The translations under genes and the position numbers were made by a program. Under the pieces are notes generated by a model. The model was not told the origin of the DNA. It did not search any database and saw only the letters and a program-made list of their open reading frames with translations. From the NCBI GenBank assembly GCA_965250285.1, contig OZ252299.1, positions 64,001 through 128,000 on the forward strand: a stretch of 64,000 nt of DNA. Direction: 5' to 3'. This stretch comes from Myxococcota bacterium (GTDB lineage: Bacteria; Myxococcota_A; UBA9160; UBA4427). This document shows, one piece after another, positions 29,262-39,671 of the stretch (positions within the stretch are counted from its first letter, which is position 1; each line of letters starts with the position of its first letter).

Positions 29262-29792
29262 ATGGCCGACGAGACCATCCAGAACTACGAAGACGTGACC
29301 GTCTATCCCCTCGACGACGACGTGCGCGAGAAGCTGCTGCTCGAACAGAACGAGTGCAGCTTCTTGTGGGGCACGAAGGATCACTGGCCCATGGGCGTGA
29401 TCATGAGTTACGTCTGGCAGGACGGGAAGTTCTGGCTCACCGCGACGAGTCAGCGCGCGCGGGTGAAGGCGCTGCGTCGCGACCCCCGCTGCTCGGTGAT
29501 CGTGTCGGGCGTCGGCACCTCGATCGGTCCGTCGCGCTCGATCACGGTGAAGGGACGCGTGACCTTTCACGACGACGACGAGGTCAAGTCGTGGTTCTAT
29601 CCGAAGGTCGCGGCGGCGATCCTGCGCGGCGCACCGCAAGAGATGATCGACCACTTCGTACAGATGCTCGACAGCGAGCGTCGACTCGTCTTCGAGGTGA
29701 CGCCCGAGAAGTGGATCACGTATGACGCCTCGAAGATGATGATGGCATCGATGGCCTCGGCGAAGGCCGGCGGCGGCGCCCAGCTCGACTGA
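29262..29792 (+). CDS. pyridoxamine 5'-phosphate oxidase-like split-barrel (flavin/F420) protein
   Basis: GGGAG RBS; RARVKALRRDPRCSVIV, VTPEKWITYD. Confidence 0.85.
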   Translation: MADETIQNYEDVTVYPLDDDVREKLLLEQNECSFLWGTKDHWPMGVIMSYVWQDGKFWLTATSQRARVKALRRDPRCSVIVSGVGTSIGPSRSITVKGRVTFHDDDEVKSWFYPKVAAAILRGAPQEMIDHFVQMLDSERRLVFEVTPEKWITYDASKMMMASMASAKAGGGAQLD

Positions 29793-29817
29793 CGATCACA
29801 ACCGGGTAGGAGACGAG

Positions 29818-30642
29818 ATGCAGCAGCTCGACGGGAAGGTCGCCGTGATCACGGGCGGCGGCAGCGGCATCGGCCGAGGCATGGCGCTCGCGTTCGGCGA
29901 ATCGGGGATGAAAGTGGTCCTGGCCGAGATCGACGGTGCCGCGGCGTCGGCCACGGCATCGGAGCTCGAAGGCAAGGGCATCGAAGCAGTGGCCGAGCAC
30001 GTCGACGTCACCGATCGCGAGTCGGTGCGCGGCCTCGCAGATCGCGTCTACGACCGGTTCGGTGAGGTCCACCTCCTCTGCAACAACGCCGGCGTGTCGG
30101 CCTGGGGCACCCTCGACAGTGTCGACGAGACCGAGTTCGACTGGGTCATGAAGGTGAACCTCGACGGGGTCGTGAACGGCCTGCTCACGTTCGTCCCGCG
30201 TATGGCCAAACAGCCGGGTGAGAAGCACGTCGTGAACACGGCCTCGACGGCGGCGCTCAGCGGGATCCCTTCGCTCGGTCACTACGTGGCGAGCAAGCAC
30301 GCCGTGCTCGGCATCAGTGAGACGCTGTCGGTCGAAGGGGCGGTCTACGGCCTCGGGTGCTCGGTGCTTTGCCCGGGGGCGACCAACACGGGCATCGTCA
30401 AGGCGGCACGCAACCGCCCCGATGCGTTCGGGGGCAAGAGCGACGAGTTCAACCCACTGGTGCAGAAGGCGATCGAGCGCGGCTTCGACGCCGAAGAGGT
30501 CGGTCGCATCGTCCGGCAGAGCGTGCTCGACGGCGATCTCTTCATCTTCACGCACGCCGAGAGTCGCGACGCGATCGAGAAGCGCTACGCCGCGATGATG
30601 GCCGCGCAGGAGAAGGCCGAGCAGCGAGAGCGGGTCGGCTGA
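29818..30642 (+). CDS. SDR oxidoreductase
   Basis: TGGGSGIG, NNAG, YVASK. Confidence 0.93.
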   Translation: MQQLDGKVAVITGGGSGIGRGMALAFGESGMKVVLAEIDGAAASATASELEGKGIEAVAEHVDVTDRESVRGLADRVYDRFGEVHLLCNNAGVSAWGTLDSVDETEFDWVMKVNLDGVVNGLLTFVPRMAKQPGEKHVVNTASTAALSGIPSLGHYVASKHAVLGISETLSVEGAVYGLGCSVLCPGATNTGIVKAARNRPDAFGGKSDEFNPLVQKAIERGFDAEEVGRIVRQSVLDGDLFIFTHAESRDAIEKRYAAMMAAQEKAEQRERVG

Positions 30643-30677
30643 GCCAATATCAGCCCCCAACCCGGGGGAGCCCCACC

Positions 30678-31079
30678 ATGAAGATCGTTCGGTATCTGCT
30701 GATCGCCCTCGTCGTCTACGTCGGCATCGTCGTGGCCTTCGAATCATTGCTCGGCGTGATCCAGCCCCGGCCCGAGGGCGTGATGGTGCTCACGACGTTC
30801 GACGCCGACGGTACGGCCCACGAGCGCGTGCTCTCACGCGTGGACGATGGCGACCGGCTCTACGTGGCCGTGAACCACTGGCCGCGTCAATGGTTCTGGC
30901 GACTGCAGGCGCAGCCCGAAGTCGAAGTGACGATCGACGGCGAGAAGACCGACCGCACGGCCGTGGTGATCGAAGGGGACGAGCTCGCCCGGGTCGATGC
31001 GATTCGGCCACTCGGGCCGGTCTTTCGCACGCTGACGGGCTTTCCGCCCCGCCACTTCGTTCGACTCGATCCGCGCTGA
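30678..31079 (+). CDS. membrane-anchored split-barrel (nitroreductase/deazaflavin-like) protein
   Basis: N-terminal TM; VLTT...WFWRLQAQPEV...VRLDPR. Confidence 0.6.
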   Translation: MKIVRYLLIALVVYVGIVVAFESLLGVIQPRPEGVMVLTTFDADGTAHERVLSRVDDGDRLYVAVNHWPRQWFWRLQAQPEVEVTIDGEKTDRTAVVIEGDELARVDAIRPLGPVFRTLTGFPPRHFVRLDPR

Positions 31080-31196
31080 GGCGGTCGTTCCCCACCGGTC
31101 ACCGGTCACCGGTCACCGGCCTGTTGAACCGGCGGCGCGGCCACGCGGGACGCGGCACACTGCGCGCGCGCGGTCGAGCTGCGCCGGAGGTCGGTC

Positions 31197-32600
31197 TTGG
31201 TTCGCATTGCATCTGCTTCGACGATCTTCGCACTCGCGTTGGTTTTTTCGGCCTGGCTCCCCGGCATGGGGTGGGCGGAGCCGAGCGCGTCGCCTCGCAG
31301 CGTGATCCTGATCATCGGCGACGGCATGGACGACACGCAGGTCACCATCGCGCGCAACTACCTCGTCGGCGCGCGCGGCCGACTCGGCCTCGACGCGATG
31401 CCCGTCCGCGGCGCGGTGCAGGTCTTGACCGTCGCCGAAGACGATCCACAGCAGCCGGTCTATGTGGCCGACTCGGCCAACAGCGCGACGGCCATGGCGA
31501 GCGGGATCGTGACGAGTCGAGGTCGGCTCGGCACGACGGCGGGGACGGACGAAGACGTCGTCACGATCGTCGAGCTCGCCCGCGACGCGGGCCTCGCGAC
31601 GGGGCTCGTCACGACGAGCAGCATCACCGACGCGACGCCCGCAGCCTTCGCCGCGCACGTGCGGCGCCGCTCGTGCGAGAGCCCCGAGTCGATGGCGCCC
31701 GGCTCCGAGTTTCTGGGCGGCGCCACCGGGGGCTGCCCCGACGATCTGATCTCGAAGGGGGGGCTCGGGTCGATCTCGGAGCAGCTGGCCGCCTCGAATG
31801 TCGACGTGCTGCTCGGCGGCGGCGCTGACGAGTTCGCCCCGACCGTCGAGGACGGCTCCGAGACCGTGCGCCAGCGCGCGGTGGCGAACGGCTACCTGGT
31901 CGTCGACGATGCGGTCGCACTCGCGGCCGCGCCGATCGGTCGGAAGATTCTCGGGCTGTTCGCGCCGGGAAACCTCCCGCCTCGTTGGCGCGGCGAGGAC
32001 GGGCGCGAGGCCGAGAAGCCCGACCCGAGCCTGCTGAACAGCATGTCGAGCTTTCTCGGGAGCGTGGACCTCCCCGAACCCATGCGCTGCGAACCGAACC
32101 CCGAGTTCGGAGACACGCCCGACCTCGCCACGCTCACGCGCGCGGCCCTCGAGCGGCTGACACGCGACCCCGAGCGGGGCTTCTTCTTGATGATCGAATC
32201 TGCGTCGGTCGACAAGGAGAGCCATCGCCGCCGCGCGTGCGGAGCGATCGGCGAGATGGAGCAGCTCGACGAGGCCCTGGCTGTGGCGCTCGAGGTGGCT
32301 TCACCGGAGACGCTCGTGATCGTCACGGCCGACCATGGGCACGCGGCGCAGATCGTGCCCGAGGAGAGCCTCTTCACGAAGTACGGCATGCCCGTCTACA
32401 CGCCGGGCCATCTCGTTCGCGTCGTGACCCACGACGGGGCCGTGATGTCGATCAACTACGCGACGAACGACTTCTATGCAGAGGAGCACACCGGTGTTCA
32501 GGTGCCGCTCTACGCGAACGAGGTCGCCCGGGAAGACATCGCGACGATGATCGATCAGCCCGATCTCTTCGAGATCATGCGGCGGCACCTGGGGCTGTAG
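31197..32600 (+). CDS. phoA: alkaline phosphatase
   Basis: IGDGM, DSANSAT (catalytic Ser), DATPA, DKESH, TADH, HTG. Confidence 0.93.
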   Translation: MVRIASASTIFALALVFSAWLPGMGWAEPSASPRSVILIIGDGMDDTQVTIARNYLVGARGRLGLDAMPVRGAVQVLTVAEDDPQQPVYVADSANSATAMASGIVTSRGRLGTTAGTDEDVVTIVELARDAGLATGLVTTSSITDATPAAFAAHVRRRSCESPESMAPGSEFLGGATGGCPDDLISKGGLGSISEQLAASNVDVLLGGGADEFAPTVEDGSETVRQRAVANGYLVVDDAVALAAAPIGRKILGLFAPGNLPPRWRGEDGREAEKPDPSLLNSMSSFLGSVDLPEPMRCEPNPEFGDTPDLATLTRAALERLTRDPERGFFLMIESASVDKESHRRRACGAIGEMEQLDEALAVALEVASPETLVIVTADHGHAAQIVPEESLFTKYGMPVYTPGHLVRVVTHDGAVMSINYATNDFYAEEHTGVQVPLYANEVAREDIATMIDQPDLFEIMRRHLGL

Positions 32601-32616
32601 GCGTGCGGCCCGCCGG

Positions 32617-33471
32617 CTAGCGGCGTCGACCGGCGTGCGCGAGGCCGGCCAGGCCGATCATCATGAGCAGCGCCGATCGGGGCTCGGGGACGTAGGCGAA
32701 GGCGTTGATGTCCTGGCCGTTGTCCGTCATGCGAGCCGACCCGTCGAAGAACATCGAATAGCCGCCTCCGACGAGGATCTCGAAGATGTCCTCGTCGCGG
32801 TACACGTTCGAGTCGAGCGTCGTGTTGGCTGCGGCGAGCGAGACGAGCAGGTTGCCGCCGGTGTTCACCGAGATGCCATCGACGTCGACGTTCTGACCGA
32901 AGTCGGCTTCGCTGAAGATGATGCGAACGGCACCAGGTGCGAGACCGTCGATCGTGTCGGTCGTCGAGCGGTTGTACTCGACGATGTCGCCGTCGTCCCA
33001 GCCGTTCCGGTTGTTCGCGGTCGAGAAGAGAAGGTTGCCGTTTGTGAGCTCGTGGATCGCGTCGATATTGTTCGCGCCGTTGCCGGGCAGAATGTTGCCG
33101 TCGAGAAAGAGCTCGGTCGCGTCGGTCTGAGAGTTCCAGGCGAAGACGTTGCGCCGGTGGGCGTTCACCCCGTTGATGGTCTCGTTGCCCTGCGTCGAGA
33201 TCAGATACGTGACGCCGTCGGGCCGAATCGCAAAGGCGTTCAAGTTCGTGTTGCCGTCGGCGAAGTCGGCCTCGTCGAATTCGAGCGTGCCATCGAGGAG
33301 CGGGGTGTTGTCGAGGTCGACGCTGAAGACGTCGCCGTTGCCGAACTGGTTGTTGCCCGTCGGGCCGGCCGCCTGGTTCGTCGACAAATACAGCGTATTG
33401 GCGGCGGCGGTACCCGCGGCGAGTACGGCGACGACCGCGGCAGCGGCCACCTGCGAAAGCAGGTGCCTCAT
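32617..33471 (-). CDS. PEP-CTERM surface protein
   Basis: MRHLLSQV signal peptide; YVPEPRSALLMMIGLAGLAHAGRRR. Confidence 0.88.
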   Translation of the reverse strand: MRHLLSQVAAAAVVAVLAAGTAAANTLYLSTNQAAGPTGNNQFGNGDVFSVDLDNTPLLDGTLEFDEADFADGNTNLNAFAIRPDGVTYLISTQGNETINGVNAHRRNVFAWNSQTDATELFLDGNILPGNGANNIDAIHELTNGNLLFSTANNRNGWDDGDIVEYNRSTTDTIDGLAPGAVRIIFSEADFGQNVDVDGISVNTGGNLLVSLAAANTTLDSNVYRDEDIFEILVGGGYSMFFDGSARMTDNGQDINAFAYVPEPRSALLMMIGLAGLAHAGRRR

Positions 33472-34229
33472 CGCGCGAACCGACCGTGTCGTCGCGCCAG
33501 AGCCGCGATGCCGACGCCCAGGAGCAGGGCGGTGCCGGGCTCGGGCACCGGGGGCGGCGCTTCGTAGGGCGCGAACTCGGTGTCGCTGAAGTCGACCGGG
33601 GCGCTGCCGTCGACCGAGAAACGGAAGTTGACGTTGCCGCCGCAGCAGCCCTCGAAGCCGATCCACGAGATCGTGTACGTCTCGCCGGCCGTCAGGCTGA
33701 GCACCGTCGAGAAGACGTCGGGGTTGCTCCAGCTGTTGCCCCACCAGATGTCGTCGTCGGTGACGAACTCGTCGAGGACGGCGCCGGAGCCGACGTGAAC
33801 GGCCTGGGTCGCGCCGCCGCGGCCCCAGTCGGTGCCGACCTGAAACTCGTAGGTCCCGGTGACACCGGCGGTGAACGTCGTCGAGATCAACGTGCTGTAG
33901 TCGGAATTCGTCCCCGCATACGTCGTCGACGAGATGCCGTCGATCGCCGACACGGTCTGCGAAGAGAGCAGGGTCTCGCTCTGATGCTGCAGCAACAGGC
34001 TGTCGAAGGTGTCGGTCGCGATCGTCTGGTACGTCGAGCTGCGGAAGTCGAGCTGGAACGTGAGCGCGTCGGCGGGCTTCGACACGAGCAACGTGATGCC
34101 GATGGAGAGCAGGAGCGTGACGCAGAGCAGCGCGAGCGCGCCCGGCGGGCGCTGCGTCTCGGGTGCCTGAAGCAGACTCGGTTGATTTCGAGTGTGCTTG
34201 CACTCTGTCGGTTGCAGGGGGGGCTGCAT
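33468..34229 (-). CDS. PEP-CTERM protein with CCxG motif (PA14-like domain)
   Basis: GFEGCCGG; VPEPGTALLLGVGIAALARR. Confidence 0.85.
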   Translation of the reverse strand: MQPPLQPTECKHTRNQPSLLQAPETQRPPGALALLCVTLLLSIGITLLVSKPADALTFQLDFRSSTYQTIATDTFDSLLLQHQSETLLSSQTVSAIDGISSTTYAGTNSDYSTLISTTFTAGVTGTYEFQVGTDWGRGGATQAVHVGSGAVLDEFVTDDDIWWGNSWSNPDVFSTVLSLTAGETYTISWIGFEGCCGGNVNFRFSVDGSAPVDFSDTEFAPYEAPPPVPEPGTALLLGVGIAALARRHGRFAR

Positions 34230-34464
34230 CGTCTCGTCCTCGCCCGCGAGATCAGGGTGTGTCCCGAATCACGACGCAGGGTTAACCCTACGTATCGACA
34301 TCTGGCGGGTGCGCTTGAGTCGGCCCAGACCCATGCAAGCGCGAATCCGACACGATGTGAGGGCGATGCGCAGGCCAGCGGCAGCGAGGTGGCAACTCGC
34401 GGGGCCGCGCTGCGGCGTGGCGCGACGGGTGGCGAGGATGGGCGATGGGAGGAGCGGCGCGGCT

Positions 34465-35655
34465 TCAGCTCAGGAACCGCAGCGCGACCCCGGCGTGAAG
34501 GGCGATCCCGTTCACCATCCCCGGCTCATCGAGGCGCATGCGATTCGAGTGGACGGGCGCGGGCTTCGTCGAACCCTCTTCGCGCAGGCCGAGAAACACC
34601 ATCGTGCCGGGCACTCGCTCGAGGATGTACGAGAAGTCTTCGGCGCCCATGACGGGCGCCGGCATGTCGACGAACTTCTGGCCGCCGAGCACCTCGCCGA
34701 CGACCCCCCGCGTGAACGAGAAGAACCCCTCGTCGTTGACCGTGACGGGATAGCCCTCGTGCAGGGCAACCTCGGCGGTGCAGCCATGGGCCGCCGCCAT
34801 GCCGTGGACGACCCGCTGCAGACCAGTGCGCGCTCGTGTTCGCGTCCGGTCGGACGTAGAGCGGATCGTGCCGGCGAGCGTCGCGGTCTCGGGGATCACG
34901 TTCATCGCGGTGCCCGCGCGAATCTTCGTCGTGGTGATCACGGCGGGATCGAAGGCGTTCAGCTCGCGCGTCACCATGTTCTGCAGCGCGCCCGTGATCT
35001 CGCATGCGGCCGGGATCGGATCGGTGGCGAGGTGGGGCATCGATGCGTGCCCGCCGGCGCCCTTGATCACGATCTCGAACTCGTCCGTCGCGGCGAGCAG
35101 CGGTCCGGGCCGCCCGGCTGCGAAGCCCACCGGCAGCTTCGCGTCGACGTGGATCGCGAACGCGGCGTCGGGTGTCCGCCCCTCGTCGATCAGGCCCTCC
35201 TCGACGCAGAAGCGCGCACCGAAGTGGCCCTCTTCACCGGATTGGAACAGCAGCTTCAGATCCCCGATCAAGGTGTCGCGCTGGGCGTGGAGGAGATGGG
35301 CTGCGCCGACGAGCATGGCCGTATGCGCGTCGTGGCCGCACGCGTGCATCGCCCCGGGGTTGCGAGACGCAAACTCGACACCGCTGTCCTCCGAGAGGGG
35401 CAGGGCGTCCATGTCGGCGCGCAGCAGCAGACAGGGGCCGGGTCGGCCCGTCGACATGGTCGCGACGAACGAGCTGGTGGTCTTCGAGTGGGCGATGTCG
35501 AGCCCGAGCGGGGCGAGGGCCTCGAGCACGCGCGCCTTCGTCTCGGGCAGCTCGTTGCCCAGCTCGGGGTGTGCGTGCAACGCGCGACGAAGGTCGATCG
35601 TCCGCGCGAGCTGCGACGCGGCGACAGAATCGAGGTCGGGCTGGAGCGGCGGCAT
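34465..35655 (-). CDS. M20 family amidohydrolase (hippurate hydrolase-like)
   Basis: HAHPEL, RADMDALP, MHACGHD, EEG, AEDF. Confidence 0.93.
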   Translation of the reverse strand: MPPLQPDLDSVAASQLARTIDLRRALHAHPELGNELPETKARVLEALAPLGLDIAHSKTTSSFVATMSTGRPGPCLLLRADMDALPLSEDSGVEFASRNPGAMHACGHDAHTAMLVGAAHLLHAQRDTLIGDLKLLFQSGEEGHFGARFCVEEGLIDEGRTPDAAFAIHVDAKLPVGFAAGRPGPLLAATDEFEIVIKGAGGHASMPHLATDPIPAACEITGALQNMVTRELNAFDPAVITTTKIRAGTAMNVIPETATLAGTIRSTSDRTRTRARTGLQRVVHGMAAAHGCTAEVALHEGYPVTVNDEGFFSFTRGVVGEVLGGQKFVDMPAPVMGAEDFSYILERVPGTMVFLGLREEGSTKPAPVHSNRMRLDEPGMVNGIALHAGVALRFLS

Positions 35656-35780
35656 GGTCGTTCCTCGCGAGCGGTCAGGGTCTGCGATCGTACCATGGGC
35701 GCACCGGCCGGCCGCGCTCGGCCCGGTCTGTGCGACCCCTCGAGCCGATCGGAATCGAACACCCCAAGGGACCCGCCATC

Positions 35781-36440
35781 TTGAATCGCCGCATCCTCGT
35801 GCTCTTCGCGCATCCGTCGGTCGAACGATCGGAGGTGAACGCGCACCTGCTTCGCGCCACGCTCGGTCGCGACTTCGTGACGGTGGTCGATCTGTACGCC
35901 GAGTATCCCGACTATCACATCGACATCGATCAGGAGCAGCAGCGTCTGCGCGAGCACGACGTGATCGTGTTCATGTTCCCCCTGTTCTGGTACTCGACGC
36001 CCGCGATCCTCAAGGAGTGGCAGGATCTCGTGCTCGAGTACGGCTTCGCGTACGGCCACGAGGGCACCGAGCTTCGCGACAAGACGTTTCTGTGCGTATT
36101 GAGTGCCGGCGGGCCGCAGGAGGCCTATCACGCCGGAGGCTACAACCACTACACGATCCGCGAGCTGCTGCGACCGCTCGAGCAGACCGCGTCGCTCTGC
36201 GGCATGCGCTTCGTCGCTCCGTTCGCCCTCTTCGCTTCGCGCACGGCCGTCGAAGAGGAGCGCCTCGACGAGCACGTCGACGACTGGGTGCGCCTGCTCG
36301 ATGCGCTCCGCCACGATCGGCTCGACGTCGACGCGGCCAGCGAGCTGCGTACGTTGAATGCCGATCTCGATCGCGTGATTCGACCCGCCACGCTCGACGA
36401 GGTGCCGACCGAGGCCGACGCCGCCGGGGGTGCCGAGTGA
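35781..36440 (+). CDS. KefF/KefG-type NAD(P)H oxidoreductase (flavodoxin-2)
   Basis: TTG start; LFAHP, DLYAEYPD, FPLFWYSTPAILKEWQD. Confidence 0.9.
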   Translation: MNRRILVLFAHPSVERSEVNAHLLRATLGRDFVTVVDLYAEYPDYHIDIDQEQQRLREHDVIVFMFPLFWYSTPAILKEWQDLVLEYGFAYGHEGTELRDKTFLCVLSAGGPQEAYHAGGYNHYTIRELLRPLEQTASLCGMRFVAPFALFASRTAVEEERLDEHVDDWVRLLDALRHDRLDVDAASELRTLNADLDRVIRPATLDEVPTEADAAGGAE

Positions 36441-38368
36441 TCGAGCCGCTGCTGAATGCCTTCATCTACCTGGTGGCGACCGTCATCGCCGTGCCGCTGG
36501 CCAAGCGATTCGGGCTCGGCTCGGTGCTCGGCTACCTGATCGCCGGCGTCGTCATCGGCCCGGTGCTCGGACTCGTCGGCGACGAGATGACCGAGCTGCA
36601 GCACTACGCCGAGTTCGGTGTCGTCATGATGCTCTTCGTCGTCGGCCTCGAGCTCGAGCCGCGCATGCTGTGGGGGATGCGCGACCGGCTGCTCGGTCTC
36701 GGCGGGCTCCAGGTGACGGTGACGGCGCTCGCCTTCGCGGGGATCGCGCTGGCCTTCGGTTTGCTCTGGCAGACGGCGGTCGCGGTCGGTTTGATGCTCG
36801 CGTTGTCGTCGACGGCCATCGTGCTTCAGACGTTTCAGGAGAAGGGGCTCGCGGGGACGGCCGGGGGTCGGGCGGCGTTCTCGGTGCTGCTCTTTCAGGA
36901 CATCGCCGTCATTCCGATTCTGGCGATCATTCCTCTGCTGGCCCTGCCCGAGCTCTCGGCGGCGACGGCAGGCGCCGGCCACGGCGACGGCGGCCACGGA
37001 GGTGCAACGTTCGTCCAGCACCTCGACGCATGGGCGCAGGGCCTCGTCGTGCTGGCGTCGATCGCAGGTGTCGTCGCGATCGGTCACTTCTTGTCGCGCC
37101 CGCTCTTTCGGCTCGTGGCTGCGACGGGGCTGCGGGAGGCGTTCACGGCTGTTGCCCTGATGCTCGTGATCGGCGTCGCGCTGCTCATGATGCTCGTGGG
37201 TCTCTCGCCCGCCCTCGGCACGTTCCTCGCGGGTGTCGTGCTCGCGAACAGCGAGTTCCGGCATGAGCTCGAGAGCGACATCGAGCCCTTCAAGGGGCTG
37301 CTGCTCGGTCTGTTCTTCATCACGGTCGGCGCGGGCATTCGCTTCGACGTGCTCGCGAACGACCTGGGGCTGATCGTCGGCCTCACGCTCGGCGTCATGG
37401 TGCTGAAGGCGATGGTGCTCTTCGGTCTGGCCCTCGCGTTCGGCGTACGCCGCAGCGAGGGGTGGCTGTTCACGATGAGCCTGGCTCAGGCCGGCGAGTT
37501 CGGCTTCGTGCTGCTCGGCTACTCGGTGGCGCAGTCGGTCGTGCCCCCCGAGCTCGCGCCGACGCTTGCGCTGGTTGTCGGCCTCTCGATGTTTCTCACG
37601 CCCACGCTCTTCATCGCGTTCGATCGTGTCGTGGTGCCGCGATATGCCGCGGGAGGCGCCGATCGCGCGCCCGACGAGATCGACGAGCGCGGCTCGGTCG
37701 TCATCGCGGGCATTGGCCGCTTCGGGCAGATCGTGAACCGCCTGCTCACGGCCAATGGCGTCAAGACCGTCGTGCTCGACCGCACGCCGGCCCAGGTCGA
37801 GAACATGCGCAAGGTCGAGATGAAGAGCTACTTCGGCGACGCCACCCGGCCCGAGCTTCTGCACACGGCGGGGGTCGACGAGGCGTCGCTCTTCGTCGTC
37901 GCCATCGACGAGCAGGATCTCGCCGTCGAGTTGGTCGGCCATCTGAAGCACCGCCACCCGCATCTGCGCGTGCTCGCGCGGGCGTTCGACCGCGGGCACG
38001 AATTTCGCCTGCGCGAGGCCGGGGCCGACTACACGGTGCGTGAGACAAACTATTCGGCGCTCGAGCTGGGCGCCGAGGCGCTGCGCGACCTCGGCATCCA
38101 TCCGTTCAAGGCCGAGCAGCTGAAGGCCACGTTCGAACGCGCCGAGTCGGACGTACAGGACCAGCTCTACGACGCCTGGCTGCGTCGGCCCGAGGGCGAG
38201 CGGATGGGCCATGACTACCGCGGTCTGTTCATCCAGCTGAACGCCGCGATGGCCGACGCCATGCGCGGGGACCGCGACGATCGGCACACGCGCGGCGCCC
38301 GCGGCTGGACGCCGCCGCCGAAGGGGTACGCGTCGAAGATCGACTCGGAGCCGAACTCGGAAGACTGA
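36437..38368 (+). CDS. KefB/KefC-type CPA2 K+ efflux antiporter with KTN domain
   Basis: GLGSVLGYL, LSSTAIV, LLFQD, HELESDIEPFKGLLLGLFF, GIGRFG. Confidence 0.95.
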   Translation: MIEPLLNAFIYLVATVIAVPLAKRFGLGSVLGYLIAGVVIGPVLGLVGDEMTELQHYAEFGVVMMLFVVGLELEPRMLWGMRDRLLGLGGLQVTVTALAFAGIALAFGLLWQTAVAVGLMLALSSTAIVLQTFQEKGLAGTAGGRAAFSVLLFQDIAVIPILAIIPLLALPELSAATAGAGHGDGGHGGATFVQHLDAWAQGLVVLASIAGVVAIGHFLSRPLFRLVAATGLREAFTAVALMLVIGVALLMMLVGLSPALGTFLAGVVLANSEFRHELESDIEPFKGLLLGLFFITVGAGIRFDVLANDLGLIVGLTLGVMVLKAMVLFGLALAFGVRRSEGWLFTMSLAQAGEFGFVLLGYSVAQSVVPPELAPTLALVVGLSMFLTPTLFIAFDRVVVPRYAAGGADRAPDEIDERGSVVIAGIGRFGQIVNRLLTANGVKTVVLDRTPAQVENMRKVEMKSYFGDATRPELLHTAGVDEASLFVVAIDEQDLAVELVGHLKHRHPHLRVLARAFDRGHEFRLREAGADYTVRETNYSALELGAEALRDLGIHPFKAEQLKATFERAESDVQDQLYDAWLRRPEGERMGHDYRGLFIQLNAAMADAMRGDRDDRHTRGARGWTPPPKGYASKIDSEPNSED

Positions 38369-38389
38369 TCCCACCCGAATCGGGTGGGA
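38369..38389 (+). terminator. GC hairpin after kef gene
   Basis: TCCCACCCGA-A-TCGGGTGGGA inverted repeat right after the stop; no U-tract. Confidence 0.45.
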
Positions 38390-38717
38390 CGCCGTGCCCA
38401 CACTTGGGAGCGCACCGCCTCGAGTCACCGGCGACACGGGCCGCGCCACACGGTTGCGTCACCGAATCGTGTCGATCCCATTCATCGTGCGATCGATCGC
38501 GCTACCTTGGACTCGAGACCAGGGCCACCCGCGCAGCTCCCCCCGATGCGCCTGCAGCGGATCCCACTGACGTTCCTCGCTGCCCGCGGTCCCTCCCTCT
38601 GGCCCTCGCTCTGGTCGCCGACCGATGACCGCCACTTCGGCCTCATCGTTCCGCCACCCCCGCCCGGCCGCCACGCCGGTCGACGGCCAGCGTCGGGCAA
38701 CGAGAGGGAGACCCCCC

Positions 38718-39419
38718 ATGGCATTCAGCCGCGTGACGACCGTCGCGCTCCGGCCCGACCGGATCGTGGCATTCCAGGAGCAGATCGCCGAGCTGGCCAA
38801 CGCAGCCGCCGAGAAGGACGACGCCTGGCATTGGACGGCCCATCAGGTGCAGTTTGGCCCCGGCCCGAAAATGCACTTCGCCAGCCGCGCCGAAACCTTC
38901 ACCGACATCGACCGTCAGGGGCAGGTCGAGGAGCTGTGGCTTCGGACCCTGGGCAACACGCGTGGGCTCGAGGCGATGATGCGGGCGCAGAACTGCATCC
39001 AGTCGATCGATCAGTCTCTGTCGGTCGATCGGCCCGATCTCTCGTACGTCGACGATCTCGCCCCGCCTGGCGAATACCCCGTGGCGATCGTGACCATGGT
39101 GCGGGCCCGACCGGGTCACGCCGACGGCTGCGAGGAGCTGATCCGCAAGGTCGCCGAGGCGATCCCGAAGGTCGACGATCCGGCGAAGCTGGTCACGTAC
39201 CAGGTGATGTTCGGTGAGATGAATGCGTACTGGACCCTGCGGCCGCTGCGCAGCATGGGCGACCTCGACGCGCAGCTGCCCGCCACCGAGCTGCTGAACC
39301 AGGCATTCGGTCACGCCGAGGGCGGTTTGCTCTGGCGCAGCGGCAACGAGGCGATCGAAGAGGCCCGCCGCGAGGTGGTCGTCTATCACCCCGAGCTGTC
39401 GAACGTGCCCGGGCGCTGA
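38718..39419 (+). CDS. hypothetical protein, tandem NIPSNAP-like alpha/beta barrel
   Basis: GAGGGAG RBS; two similar halves (DRPDLSY / YHPELSN). Confidence 0.65.
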   Translation: MAFSRVTTVALRPDRIVAFQEQIAELANAAAEKDDAWHWTAHQVQFGPGPKMHFASRAETFTDIDRQGQVEELWLRTLGNTRGLEAMMRAQNCIQSIDQSLSVDRPDLSYVDDLAPPGEYPVAIVTMVRARPGHADGCEELIRKVAEAIPKVDDPAKLVTYQVMFGEMNAYWTLRPLRSMGDLDAQLPATELLNQAFGHAEGGLLWRSGNEAIEEARREVVVYHPELSNVPGR

Positions 39420-39671
39420 CCGAGCACCGGGGCCGCGCGGTCCTCGTCTCGTCGATGCGGGGACCGCGCCTGGCGCTGGCCCATGAAGCGGGGGCGATGG
39501 GGGGATCGAGCCTCGGCCCTGTTGCGGGCCCCCGAAGGCGAAGGGGTCCAGATGGATCCTGAGATTTAACCAGGCCGACTTGAAAAAAACTCACACGCCC
39601 AAGCGACCATCGCGTAGGGTGCGCGTGTTCCATTGCGGTATTCAAGCTGATTCTCTGGGAAGGGGTCACAC

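Noticed and set aside
31093..31119. (CACCGGT)n heptamer run
   Set aside because: Simple microsatellite; could fold but no evidence of function.
34778..38449. Very long ORFs such as 34778-38368 (1196 aa), 36149-38449, 16266-18803 and 24849-27521
   Set aside because: High-GC shadow or over-extended frames; Arg/Pro-rich nonsense overlapping well-supported genes, so starts were re-set.
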